Assembly (NCBI GenBank): GCA_040954595.2
Contig: CM082585.2
Coordinates: 11,745,863 to 11,809,862 of the forward strand
Direction: 5' to 3'
Origin: Balanoglossus misakiensis
Taxonomy: Eukaryota > Animalia > Hemichordata
DNA: 64,000 bases
Part shown: positions 26,601 to 38,801 of the stretch, one piece after another
Numbering within the stretch: position 1 is the stretch's first letter
Layout: the number at the start of each line of letters is the position of its first letter
The notes under the pieces: model-generated
Seen by the model: the letters and a program-made list of their open reading frames with translations, nothing else
What the model was told of the DNA's origin: nothing
Databases searched by the model: none
Program-made: the position numbers and the translations under genes

Positions 26601-26807
26601 TCCTCCTAAAGATGAATATTATACAAATACATTTACCTCCACCCTAACAGCACTGCCAGTGGAACTCATAAACGAGGCATGAAGCATTTCTTCGCCAGAA
26701 CTCATGAAAGTTGGTGATGGTGTCACTGATGGCTGGATGTCATACGCAGAAACATTTGTAAGGAGATGATTAGGACTTGTCGCATTGCGGGATGCCTTCC
26801 CATCCAT
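23613..26807 (-). CDS. Multi-pass (~7 TM) membrane protein, ~503 aa, gustatory-receptor-like / 7TM ion channel (GrlHz-like) candidate; 11 coding exons
   Basis: Minus-strand exons 26807-26637, 26521-26423, 26249-26088, 25897-25637, 25473-25406, 25200-25090, 24987-24810, 24662-24563, 24286-24180, 24034-23903, 23735-23613 splice in frame. No signal peptide, about seven hydrophobic segments. Motifs CKKQVLRPYWRLLSLIGWR, INYATQCE, QAARLN, FGYQ...ELDSFLLF, KLFHVHVKPSYL. Gene model is well supported; family call is from recalled motif similarity only. Confidence 0.65.
25976..26067 (-). mobile_element. Degenerate copy of the TTAA/CCC MITE, intronic
   Basis: Reverse complement reads ttcaccctttttaccaccatggtttgaaatccattgttttctgtggtaaagttggacttttaaagaggg..., matching the 21,270 copy. 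Confidence 0.65.
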
Positions 26808-27306
26808 TCTTCAATCAAATCAAACAGACTGAAAACAGAACGAATCAGGAGATTGTAGTTTTAACATGCGAAGCAGCACATTGTCTTCTCACATGAGAAT
26901 TAATTACATGTGAAATCAAAAGACAGTTACTTGACTTTGTAACTCTTCTTGATTGCAGCTACCAGCATGCAGCAGTGGATGTGCTATGACCTTGACCCTG
27001 AACGGAATACTTGAGCACACAAACCCAAGAGAGAAGCTTTTGTTTATCACCATCAATGTTGTCCCTTTCTTTGTAACACTATAGTACTGAATCTCTATGA
27101 TTAAACCATAGCATAGACAGAGAAAAGTTTAAACATACAAATACTCGCAGAGTTTCACTTGATGGTGTGTTGTGTATGTCCCTGGGCATTGTAAACACAA
27201 GCACAACTCTTACATTGAAAAAAAAAAAGAACGCCGACACTGACAGAGTTACCGAAATTCTAAATTTCCCTTCTTTCATAGCGAAAACCAATCAACATAA
27301 TTCAAC

Positions 27307-27320
27307 GTTGCCTAGGCAAC
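27307..27320. promoter_or_regulatory. RFX X-box (perfect palindrome GTTGCCTAGGCAAC)
   Basis: Matches the X-box consensus GTTNCC-N(1-2)-RGYAAC. Lies ~500 bp upstream of the ATG of the GRL-like gene, in the divergent promoter region shared with cyclin B3. Confidence 0.6.
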
Positions 27321-27795
27321 CAGAAGCGATTGTTTAATTTATTCAGCGACTTCCGTATTTACAATGAACGCCCACAAAAATTTCGACCCTGGACATTGAG
27401 GACAGACGTACATTTAAAAAAGTATATAAAACCCTTGGAAGTGTCAATCGTTGCAGTGTTTATGAATATTCACTATGCTATTGCGTACATGTACTTGTAC
27501 CTGTAGAATTTTAAAAAGGTGCGAATGGGCGTTTCTCCGTGTTCTTATTTCCATTCACTGGGCGCCGCCATATTGTTGTTGTGACCTCGCTCGCGTCCGC
27601 GTGACAGACAGGCTCACACGCGCTGAAAGGTTTTTCTTTTCTCGACAAAGACAAGTTGCAATATTAAAGTAACCGTGCTTTAATCTAAAATCCTAAATTT
27701 TCGACACTGTGTCGTCTATACAAATTTCTCCTGGACAAAAATATGGAATAGGTCACATAGAAAGTCTACTTCCGGTCATTTTATTTGCTATTTGC

Positions 27796-27871
27796 TGATT
27801 GGTTAGGAGTCATACTCTGCATCCAATCAGAATCAAAGAATTAATTCTATTCCAAAAGCGTGTATTTCAAA
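27796..27871 (+). promoter_or_regulatory. Paired CCAAT (NF-Y) boxes plus CHR-like element upstream of cyclin B3
   Basis: ATTGG at 27,798-27,802, CCAAT at 27,823-27,827 and TTCAAA (CHR TTTGAA reversed) at 27,866-27,871. This arrangement is typical of G2/M cell-cycle promoters, but the motifs are short. Confidence 0.45.
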
Positions 27872-28211
27872 TCTGTGAATGGGCATAACACAAAGAAGCT
27901 GTTGATGCAAAGTGACGCTGATCGACCTCCAGAAATTTGGGAAAACTTTAACCGTTTGCATGGTTTTGGTTCCGTGAAAACCACACCGAAGAGGACCGGT
28001 AACATCAGAACTGTGTATATTACTCGAAGACGAAATCGCTGAAACCGACAAGCCACAAATCGAGTCCAGTTTGGATCCGTTTAACTGAACAGCTGCGCAC
28101 TTTTTAAATACCTCGCACAGAAGGTCATTGTTTCTGTTGCGATACATTCAAAATCATTGTGGTTTCTAGAGCCACATTTCACCACCGTTCCAAACATTCC
28201 AAAACGAAACC

Positions 28212-31105
28212 ATGCCTCTCACAAGACGCGGTGCCTCAACCAACCTGTCTACGATGAACGACCCTTTCACTAATAACAAACGACAGAGAAACAACGCTTC
28301 AATAAAACAGGTGAGTTTTAGACTCTTAGAGTCAATTCTTTGAATTGCGAGGTTCAAGCAAACGTGTTTGGATGTAAACCGGGGTGGAGAATGACTTATC
28401 TGATGTGTTCATTTCGAATGACAAGTACTGTGATATGAAATGTACATGATGTAGTCTTGATCGTTCACCTGCAACGATCATCACCCGGCCCCTCTCATGA
28501 TCATCGGTCCAGCATATCCCTCTGTCCTGACAATGATATTTCTGGGTGACTGTCAGACATCATAGAAATTAATCGTCAACTTTAAATTTACCCCCCTCGC
28601 AGGGAAATCTGGGAGAAGCATCAGGAATGAATACAAGGAATAAAAGAAGATCCAGTGGTTCTCCCAACGAAAATGGACCCAAGAAGAGGACTGCGTTTGG
28701 AGATATTACCAACAATGTATGTGCAGGTTTTCTAGTTGTCAAGATTCAATATAATTTAACTCTGTGAAGCTGAATTTCAAAGAGCAAAAGAAACTAGAGT
28801 ATTCCTCCATGGAAAATACAGTACAAAGTAATTTACTTGTAAGCCACGATGCACTGTTGCACTGTTCCCCTCTGATTTACTATTTTCATATGTTCACACA
28901 GGCTCTCCAGAAAAACAAGAAAGATGGTGTCAAGAAAGTGTTCAAAGTCTCAAGCAACAAAAGCACAGATGTGAAGATACCCACAACTGAGAAGCGTGCT
29001 CCACTGGCTATCCAGGAAGATGATGGTGATGAAAGTATGGAAATTGTCGTGGAGGAGACATCTCAGAGTAGCTCTCAGAATTCAACAAGGTTGGTGCATT
29101 TACACCCCCCCCCCCCCCCCTGAGTATAAACGCACGATTTTTGGAAACTTTCAAGGAATAGTACATCCACATGTATTTCTTTCCACTTTCTCCATTTTCA
29201 TCTTCCTGGTGGTGTTATATTCACAGTTCTACAGATTCAGAAGTACAGTTTATGAATAAGAAGAACCAAGAAAAGTCTGAAGCTGACAATGATGAGGAGA
29301 TGGTGAGTAGTTGACGATGCAATGTGATAAATGAGTTTCTGTTTTAACCTGGCAGTCTTGAAGACCATTCATTCATGTCTTTGTACGCACACTGATTTTT
29401 GATCCTCTTTACAGATTGATGATGTCTGCATGAAGTTGGCAATCACCGACATTGACGAAGAGAATAAACACGACCCAAATCTTGCTCCTGTTTATGCTAA
29501 TGATATATTTAAATACTACAAAGAGAGAGAGGTGAGTTCATGCCTGCTTACATGAATTGACTTACAATGTTCAGTCTGAGTGAGCCTTTGGATAATCCAG
29601 AGGTACCACCTGTCCTAGGACCAATACGACTTGTCTCAAACAAATTTTCTTGACACTTGGCAGATCATTTTCCAAATCGAGTCCTACCTGGAGAAGCAGA
29701 AAGACATCACTCGCAACATGCGTGCTATACTCGTCGACTGGTTGGTCGAAGTGCAGGAGAACTTTGAGCTGAATCATGAGACCCTCTATCTTGCTGTAAA
29801 GCTTGTTGATCGCTACCTGATGAAAAAGAACGTGCCTAGGGAGATGTTGCAGTTGGTTGGAGCAAGTGCTCTCTTCATTGCTTGCAAATTTGATGTGAGT
29901 AGTCAAGTTTGTTTTTTTGTTATCTTCTGTGCTTTTGAGTGACTTACATAAAGAAGGACCTTGCTTTGATTGGTGACATGAGTTTGAAACTGATGGTGAA
30001 GTGCTTGAACTTAAATCAAAATGGATCATTTTTCGATCTCTGCGAGATCCCACGTGGCTTGGCAGTTTATATGGGAGCATATTCTCAGGACAAACAACTC
30101 ACAGGTGAATCATAACTGTATACAATTTCTCTCTTTTCTGTAGGAACGATGTCCACCACTTCTAGATGACTTTATCTTCATCTGCGACGATGCCTACAAA
30201 AGAAGCGAATTTCTGTGCATGGAGAGAACGATATTAAAAACACTGGGTTTTGATATCGGCATGCCACTGTCATACAGATTCCTCCGAAGATACGCAAAGG
30301 TGAGACATTTCAGCACACATTCTGTAATTGTTAAACAAATTGAAAGCAAGGGGAAAAAATATGTGAAAAAAATCATCACCAGTAACATATATATCACATG
30401 TATCTTCATCGATGAAAATGCAGTCAAACAAATAAACACAGATGTAGAAAAATAATTCTGTGTCCATATGATTTCATTTTCCAGTGTGCAAAATCCACCA
30501 TGGAGATCCTGACATTAGCCAGGTTTATCTTGGAGCTCACACTACAAGAATATGAATTCATGATAGAATTCCGAGATTCTCACCTGGCAGCATCCGCTCT
30601 CCTCTTGGCTTTTAAGATGAAGAACGTTCAAGAATGGGTGAGACTTATGTGATTGTTTTGATACACGAAGTGTTTGAAATTCCTGTCAATACCAATCACA
30701 AACTATTGAAAATCATCACTGTCCTTTTACCCTTTGTGTTTCTTTCTTTTGAAAACAGGATGCAACGCTGGAATACTACTCAGGTTATAAGAGTGAAGAT
30801 TTGATGCAATGTGTCAGACAGTTGAATACATTGGTCGGCTCACAGCCAAATAAACAACTCATGACCGTCAGAAATAAATACTCACACAAGTAAGCATATT
30901 ATTTTAACCTATTCTCCACCATGGATCAGTCTGAACTGGGGGAGATCATGGCAGCGTTTTGATGTGTTGATGTTCATGAGTCTGTTTCTATAGAAATGAG
31001 ACTGGTCTTGAAATCCGAGATTGACTCAATTGCTGTTTCTCTCTCTCTTGCAGAATTTTCTTCGAAGTTGCAAAGATTCCCCCACTTGATGTTTTGGAGT
31101 TTTGA
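28212..31105 (+). CDS. CCNB3: G2/mitotic-specific cyclin B3, 10 coding exons
   Basis: Exons 28212-28310, 28603-28716, 28902-29089, 29227-29302, 29415-29531, 29664-29894, 30144-30299, 30485-30637, 30759-30889, 31054-31105. D-box RTAFGDITN, cyclin box MRAILVDWLVEVQENFELNHETLYLAVKLVDRYL, plus B3-type ERCPP..DDF..ICDDAY, PLSYRFLRRYAK and KYSHKIFFEVAKIP. Confidence 0.95.
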
Positions 31106-33298
31106 GGACTCGGGCGCGAGCAAGGAAAGCGATGAGTTTATTCAGTGTTGGTTTTCTGGTTGGTTGAGAAGGAGGTCGTCGATTCCTTGTCTTTTCTTGT
31201 CTTGTCCCGGGGATTGAACAAGATGTGTATACATAGATCAACTACGACACGAATGATGAATTTGCACATTTTGACGTTTTACCCGTAAAGCTTTGTCTGG
31301 TTTTTAATCACTCAGGTTGTGATCTTATTTTAAAAGCCATTTGGCAATTTGAAATACAGTACTAAGGACCATAAGAAAGTTTGACATTCTAGAGGATTTT
31401 TCTCGAAAATATTTGACACTACAGTATTCAATTCCAGAATTCATGATTCTTGTCGGTGTTCAGTTCGTATTAATTTATGCACCTTGTTCGCTGTCCTGAT
31501 CAAACCACTCATTCTTGATGAAAAGTTCGAAATACTTAAATCATGTTGGTTCACAATTTTCAATTGCCAATTTCATGTTTTTTTAAACACACCAGTTTTT
31601 AAATGACCAAATCAACTAATCAAAACATCGGCTTAAAACTGACTGATCCAAAAAGTACAATTTTATGTATTACGTCATTTTATTATTTTAATCTCGAATT
31701 ATTTTCTCTTAAACTTTCTATCCCTCTTTTATTTGGGTCTTGTTTATACGTTTTTTCTATTCTGTTGCCTTTGTTGTTTAATCCCTGTAAATATACTGAT
31801 TTTGTTATTTTCCATGTATTTTAAAACAATATTTATAGTACTTTTTACAATCAGTAGAATGTACATTTGTAGAATCTAGATAGCCAACCATCGTTCACTC
31901 TATTTGTTCAAAAGAAAAAAATTCCTAGGATAGAAACAAAGGGTGTTTGATGGTGAAATCTACATGAAAGTTGGGAGTTTTAGATTAGAACAAAAATTAA
32001 GATCATTTCTCATCCAAAATGTACGATTATTTAGCCATAATGGAATGAAATTGCATGTTTTTCCTGTGTCTTCAAAGTCTTCGTTTACAAATGTAATCAT
32101 GTATTGTCAAAATTTTTGTGTATAATTTGTGAATATCAATTGTGCAACCTATGTTTTATACTGCCACGATTCTGTTTCCCTGCGTTTCATTCCAAAATGG
32201 CCGACAATCGTGAAAGGCCTTCATGTTGTTTATTTACTCCAATGTGGAGTTTGCTGCAACTTGAATTTCTGTTGAATTTTTCCTTATTGTTGTCTGCATA
32301 CATGGCGTGATCTAACGATTTTTAACAACAATTGCAATAATGTTTTAAAATCTGACTTTGCAGACTTCAGATAAGATGTAGAAATTTTCCATGATCTGTA
32401 ACTAATCTTTAAGAAACAACTGATTAAAGGTGTGAGGAACATTTTTACTCAAAAGTGTGTTTGTTTCAATTTGAAAATGATTATTTGGTCGTGAATATAA
32501 CAGGAAATTCCTTCTTCCATGCCATAAACCCTTCCACACAGTCAACATTTCAATTACTAGTACCAGGAATTGGAGAAAAAAATAAATGTACTTGAGCCCT
32601 TTTTTGTAAAAAAAAAAAATTGTATTACACGTACAAGAAAACTTTTGTGGCACTTCATCTAAGAGTTTGAACTAACAAATGTAAATAAAACGACACAGGT
32701 ACCATCATCCATTAAAAATAAAATATTGACAAAGATAGGGACACAACAATATGACCAAAAAAACCTTATCAATTATATTTTACTAAACTGATGCCCCAAG
32801 TACAGTCTCTGAAATGTGTTTCCAAATGAAACCAATTGTGTTTGACTATCAAGATCCCATCTAATCTAAAGGTCTTGTGGTCATTGTTCAACGTAAAATG
32901 TGTCACTGTCCAACTTAAAAATGTTTAAAATGTGAAATATTTTTAAGCAACAAGCACAGGGAAATTTCTATGAATCATTTTGTATAGACACAGTTGATTG
33001 GTACACATACACATCCATACAGACATTCATCCAATCAAAGTAAAGGTGTCTAAAAGCGTGGCTGAGTTTGGTAGCAATGTCAAAATATTGAAAAGCTGCG
33101 CGGTTCCTTGTTGATACTGGTGGGAAGGACACAGATCTGGTCTTTTCCCCCCACTGTATGTCGTCCATATTTCCGGCACGATATTCATATTGTCAAAACA
33201 GATTCCAGGGATCGGCATGTAGATGATATGTACGCTTACATATCACTAAGAAACCAATCCACAATTTGTCCACAAATACTCAAAACAGACACACATGA

Positions 33299-34850
33299 TC
33301 ACAACGACATCTTTCTTCCCTCAATGCTAATGTTCACAGCGCGCTGATTTTTATTTTTACTCCTACTTTGTTTTTCCTTGAACTTCCTCATCTGTTTGTC
33401 CAGCCGGGAAAGTTGCTTCTTAGAACCCTGGAAGAAGAAAAATCAATTTTCTTTACTAAAACGTTGCTCTTCTGTGTCATGTGAATGTTTGTGATGAAAG
33501 CAACATCTGTTTGGCAGTGACCTGTGAGGATAGCACAGTCACATTTCATGCAAGGATTGGTTCGAATACAAGCTCAGAAAGATGTACCATATCAGCCATT
33601 CACAGCCTTTGTTACATCTGATTGCATGCCTGGTCCGCAGCAGCCAATCAGAAACCATCTACTTTAGAATTCTGACCTACCCTCTCATATTCATTGTCAG
33701 CTGAAACATTCCACTTGGGTCGGACAACATAGTCTTTTGTTGAAGGCATTGGTACTCTGGCTCGACCAATCCAACCTTTGTCTCCCGGTCTCAGAGCCCT
33801 AAAAACAAAGAAACAATGAGGAATAATTGAGCAATGCTAGAACTGTCACCATCTTGTTTTATGAGATAACTTTTGAACAAAAACTACACTCAGAAAATCA
33901 CTCACTTGTTCTCTCCTTGGAAAGCACTGTCTATACTCTTTGGTGCTGTGGTGTCTATATCCGAACTGAAATCAAATAAAAAGAAAATATGTTATAAGTA
34001 GATGTGTACTACAACAATATTCCTCACCTGCTCTCAGGCAGTTTTTCTTATACTACAAAGACAATATGCATTGTTGTAAACTTGCCTGTTTCAGCTATTT
34101 TTCCAAAAACTTTCATTTCCGAAAGTCTGGACCAAACTTTGCTGGTTGAGGGGTTGTCAAGTTTAAATGTCTACTGAGATATTACTTGGAGTTCCTTATA
34201 AAATATGAATTTGTCCCAAAGTCTCACCTGAGTCTCCTTCTCTTTGGCATTTGTGCATAATCTCTAGCTTCTCTTTCTTCTTTGGTCATTGATTTGAAGT
34301 TGGATTCCACACCAAAGATTGGCCTCGACCATTCATCTGATGATAAAAAAGCAATTGACATTACAAATTTTATTTCAAGAACCGAATCTGAGAAAAATGT
34401 TCAGTACAAAAAAAAAAAAGCTTATAAAACACAGAAATAAGGACGAGAAAAACAGCAAATGACAGAATGATGAAATTTCCAATAATCCAAGAAATTACGA
34501 TAGCTGTATACTCACTGATAAGTTTTCCTGCAATGTCTCGGTGTTCTCTGATCTCTTTCGGATGTTTATAGAGAAACATAACAGCCCTTCCAATGCCACT
34601 ACTCTTCAACACATCTGAATTGACCGTCGGTAACTGAGAAAAGATATGAGGATAGATATGGCATGATATGACTGTATGATACAATGCATAGAAGGAAAGT
34701 ACTGGTATATAATGAAACCTGTATAGACTGGAGGCCTTGTGTCTAATCCGGAAATCTGTCTTTACTGAGCAATCCCATTTCTTTCTCTCTCACTCACTCA
34801 CTCACTCACACACACGCACGCACACACACACACACTCACTCACACACACG

Positions 34851-34881
<31 letters not shown>

Positions 34882-34905
34882 ACACACACACTCACACACA
34901 CACGC

Positions 34906-34937
<32 letters not shown>

Positions 34938-37900
34938 TTCTGAAAACAGACACTAATCTCCATGGTACAATTGTAAACAGTGTGAAAACAGTATGAAATT
35001 GGATAAATATAAACTCACCTCTCTAAGTATCCTGAGGAGACCTTCTCTAATTCTGAGATGTGGCAAACTTTTGTCTGGTAAAGGTGAAAGCCATTCTCGT
35101 ATAGCTGTGAGAATACCGCAATCTATAAATGCTATATGTAAATCTTGTCTGTGAAGAGAGAAAAAACACACATGAGACTATTAAGAAATCTGGCTCATAT
35201 AGATTATTCTAACACTGCAAGATAATTCTTGCAATTCAAATGAAAGACAGGGATATTAGACTTACTTTTTTAATTGTGACAATACTAAAGGTAACATCTT
35301 CAGTTTATTAACTGCTGCTTTTCCTGATTTGTTTAATTCTCTGTCATTCTGCAAAAAAATAAAAATAAACATTGTGAGCAAAAAATAAGAACTGAAACAA
35401 ATAAACATTTTCATCAAAGGAGTATTTTCCTGACAGTCACCTCCGCAACCCTTCAATAATGTTCTATGGCAACCATATTCAAAGACAACCAAAGATACTT
35501 ACTTTGGCAGCCGTTGTCATTTTTGTCAACATGGCTGCAATTATATCATCGTTGTCATTAATAATATCATCTCCTCGTCTCCGCCTTCTCCTGGCTTTAT
35601 TTTCCTGTTTCTTCCTTGCCATCATGAGATCAAAGTCTGACACGAAATCCCTGATGAAGAGGAAAAACGTTATCAGTATGGCATATATGCTTTGGGCACA
35701 TAAATCTGCTGATACACACATTTAAACGAACATCATGAAAAATATGTTTCTTCAAGGAAACTCAGACATCCCTTGTCTACCCTACAAAGCCTGCCTGGTA
35801 TTCACATTCAGTTTCAGATTCACACAAGAAAGAAAAGTACGCACTCATTTTTGGCTGATTGTTTCCGTAGTTCCTCATCTTCTTCATCAGAATCATATGC
35901 TGCTGCTGCCTCTGCTGTGGGTTGTTCTGTCTCCATAGCAACTGGCTCTCCCTCCTCATCCTGCTCTACTTCTTCCTTCTCTTCAGTAAGACCAACATCA
36001 TCATCTTCGTCAGATGAAATCATTGCTGAAATACAGAAAATGACAAGCGTGTGAACAAGGAAGAATATCTTCCATTGAAGTGAGAAAATCAAATGCAGCA
36101 GACCTAGAAACCTGAACAAGCATTATTTGCTGCATGAAACTTTCATAAAACTCTTACCTGATTTCTTCCTCTTTGCTGTGTTTTCCAAGTCAGCTACATC
36201 AAAACCCTGGTCAAGGCAGAAAACAAAGATCATTATGTCTGTTGACATGATATAATCAAAAGCATAAAAGTACTCCTAATGTCACATTGGCATGAATCAC
36301 TGGGTATGACAGCCTTACCTCAAATTCCTCTTCTTCGTCGCTGGAGCCAAAAATATCTGCAATCAATTCACCAACTTCTGATCTAGATGAAGAGAGGTGA
36401 AATTATATTAATGTACTCATCTTTTACAAAACATACCTACATCACTGCAAACTTACAAAACGTAGTATCATTTACTGGTTTTTGTAAAGCATTAAGACAG
36501 CATTGGAGATTTCTAACTGGATGAGATCAAGTACATGTACTTACTTCTCTTCATCACTTTCATCCCCACTTTCATCACTGCTGTCGAGCGCTCGTTTCCT
36601 GGACACCTTGACACTCTCATCCTCATCACCACTCTCTTGTCTCACTTCACTACCTTCTCCTTCCTCATTTTCATCTTCTTGTTTCGTTTCTTCTTCAGCA
36701 CCAGATCTTTCCACTTCAGCAGAGTTCAATTCTGCCTCCTCTGAAATCATCCGTGACATAAGGCATAATTGTGATAAAACTCATGGTGTTACAGTGTGTG
36801 CTAATCAAATTTGTTTTAATTTAAGACATGTTGGTGAGATGAATGACTGATAAACCTTTTCTCCACTATGGTTCAGTACAAACCCATTGTTTTCTACAGT
36901 ACGGTTGGACCTCTAAAGAGGGAACTGAAAGCAATGACTCACCTTCCATTTTTTCATCCTCATCTTGTTCTTCCTGTTCTGGACTTTCTCTCTCAACTTC
37001 TTCCTCATCAGCTGATGCGACTTCTTGCTCTTCCCCATCCTCATTCTCTCCTCCTCCTACCTCCTCCTCAACACGCTGTTCCACCTCCTCATTGTCACTG
37101 TCTGCTTGGCCGCTGCGTTGCTCATCACCTTCCTCTGCTCCCTGGTCGTCATAGTTATCCTCATCCACTCTCTCTTCCGCATCACTGCCCTGATCTTCAA
37201 CTTCAGCATCCTCCTGCACGACTTCACCTTGCTCCTCTGCATCACTCTCTGCCTGTTCATCTGCAACTGGTGATGCTACACTCTCTCCTTCACCTCCGTC
37301 TTCTTCCCCCTCCTCCTCCTCCTCTCCAGATCTCTGTTCACCCTCCTCTTCCATCTCTCCCTCCTCTTCATTCCCGCTCTCCCGCTCTTGTTCCCCTTCC
37401 TCTACATCACTGCCAACAGCTTCTTCCTCCCCACTGACAGCCTCCAATTCCTCTCCGCCACTCTCAACATTCTCCTCTCCTCGCTCACTCCCACTCTCCC
37501 CCTCCTCTACATTTTGATCTTCCTCGTCACTCTGCTCCACTGCTTCCTCCTCATTCTCATCTTCACTCGCCTCCCCCTCTTCCTCCCCAGCTTCCTCTTC
37601 CTCTCCACTGTCAACCTGTCCCCCATCCTCCTCTTCGCTGACAACTTCCCCCTCCCCTCCATCATCACTTCCACCTTGCTCCCCTTCAACTTCTCCCTCA
37701 TCACCACTCACAGCATCTCCTTCATCACCACTAGCAACCTCCCCTCCATCATCATCATCATCGTCAGCAGCAACCTCTCCATCTTCATCACCACTAACCT
37801 CCCCTTCCGCTTCTCCATCTTCAACACCACTGCCAGCATCTTCTGCTTCTACTTCATCCTCGCTACCACTCTGTCTCTCTCCTCCACTCTGCTCCTCCCC

Positions 37901-38657
37901 ATCACTCCCTTCATCTTCCTCTCCACTCCCCTCCTCCTGGTCAGACTGCACCTCCCCTTCAGACTCATTATCAGATCTGTATTCGCCTTCCTGTATGCAA
38001 AGTCAAGAAAACATTAACAAAGATTACAAAACAGACAATAAGCTCAGTTTCCCCAAAGAGCTAACACATACACAGCATAAATGCATTCAATATTATTTCA
38101 TATTATTTCATCAATCAAGTCAAAATACCATTATTTAGACAGTATACCAATATACAGTCAATTACACCCCCCCCCCACTCACCTCCAAGTCTCCTGCATT
38201 TTCACCTTCTTCCTCCTCCTCCTCCTCCTGTTCAACTTCCCCTTCTTCCTCATATTCATCCTGAACTGGTGTACTTCCTCCTACAAGAGTTATGAAAAGT
38301 TGCTTTAAACTTCCGTGGTTCTGGTTTAACTTGCTGTTCATGCACGAGCAAGTGCAGCATTTTATGATGACAAACATTTGGTTGTGAGGTTGCTTTCTTT
38401 CTCTCCCAGTGCTGCAAACGCATGCTAATATTTCACGCTGCACAGAAAGCACGCAACTGCAAGAAACCGTTGCACATTTGACAGTGAACATGAGAAGTAA
38501 CAAAACATAAAGTGTAGCAGAAGGCATCTTGAGACTCACACATGTGTCACCAAGTTCAAAGGGTTCGTTTCTAAAGTGAATACAACATCAACAACACGTT
38601 TGTTCTTTCATTCTTTCTCACTCGTTTACCTTCGCTCCCTTCGTAGTCTGCTTCCAT
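33299..38657 (-). CDS. IWS1: IWS1 (Spt6-interacting transcription elongation factor, TFIIS N-terminal-like domain), 15 coding exons
   Basis: Minus-strand exons 38657-38630, 38280-38183, 37990-36943, 36740-36545, 36382-36319, 36206-36158, 36025-35845, 35650-35503, 35348-35266, 35148-35019, 34633-34516, 34336-34228, 33965-33906, 33798-33681, 33427-33299. Long acidic N-terminus, [87 protein letters not shown]. Confidence 0.95.
34784..34937. repeat. Compound (CT)/(CACT)/(CA)n microsatellite in an IWS1 intron
   Basis: ctctctctcactcactcac...cacacacacgcacacac run. Confidence 0.95.
36851..36930 (+). mobile_element. Degenerate copy of the TTAA/CCC MITE beside an IWS1 splice donor
   Basis: taaaccttttctccactatggttcagtacaaacccattgttttctacagtacggttggacctctaaagagggaact is collinear with 21,271-21,346. 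Confidence 0.7.
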
Positions 38658-38780
38658 TTTACAAGAGTCAAGTAGATCTTCAGGGAAATCACTGTAGAAG
38701 GGCTTGTGTCGTCACTGAGGATTTTGCTTTCTGGTGGATCGACGCGACGCACACCAAAACCTCAACACAAAGTAAATGGA

Positions 38781-38801
38781 CAAAATGGCGTCACTTCCTG
38801 G
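38781..38801. promoter_or_regulatory. YY1 + ETS motif pair at the IWS1 promoter
   Basis: CAAAATGGCG (YY1 consensus) directly followed by CACTTCCTGG (ETS core), ~125 bp upstream of the IWS1 ATG. Confidence 0.55.

Noticed and set aside
34737-34943. HTHTHT ORF; likewise NQSI (47,453-47,635), poly-Arg (52,359-52,559) and Pro/Thr-rich (50,872-51,072) ORFs
   Set aside because: Translations of microsatellites or low-complexity intronic and intergenic DNA.
35459-38308. Plus-strand Ser/Leu/Phe-rich ORFs (e.g. 36,868-37,437 and 37,388-38,017)
   Set aside because: Antisense shadows of the purine-rich acidic IWS1 exons.
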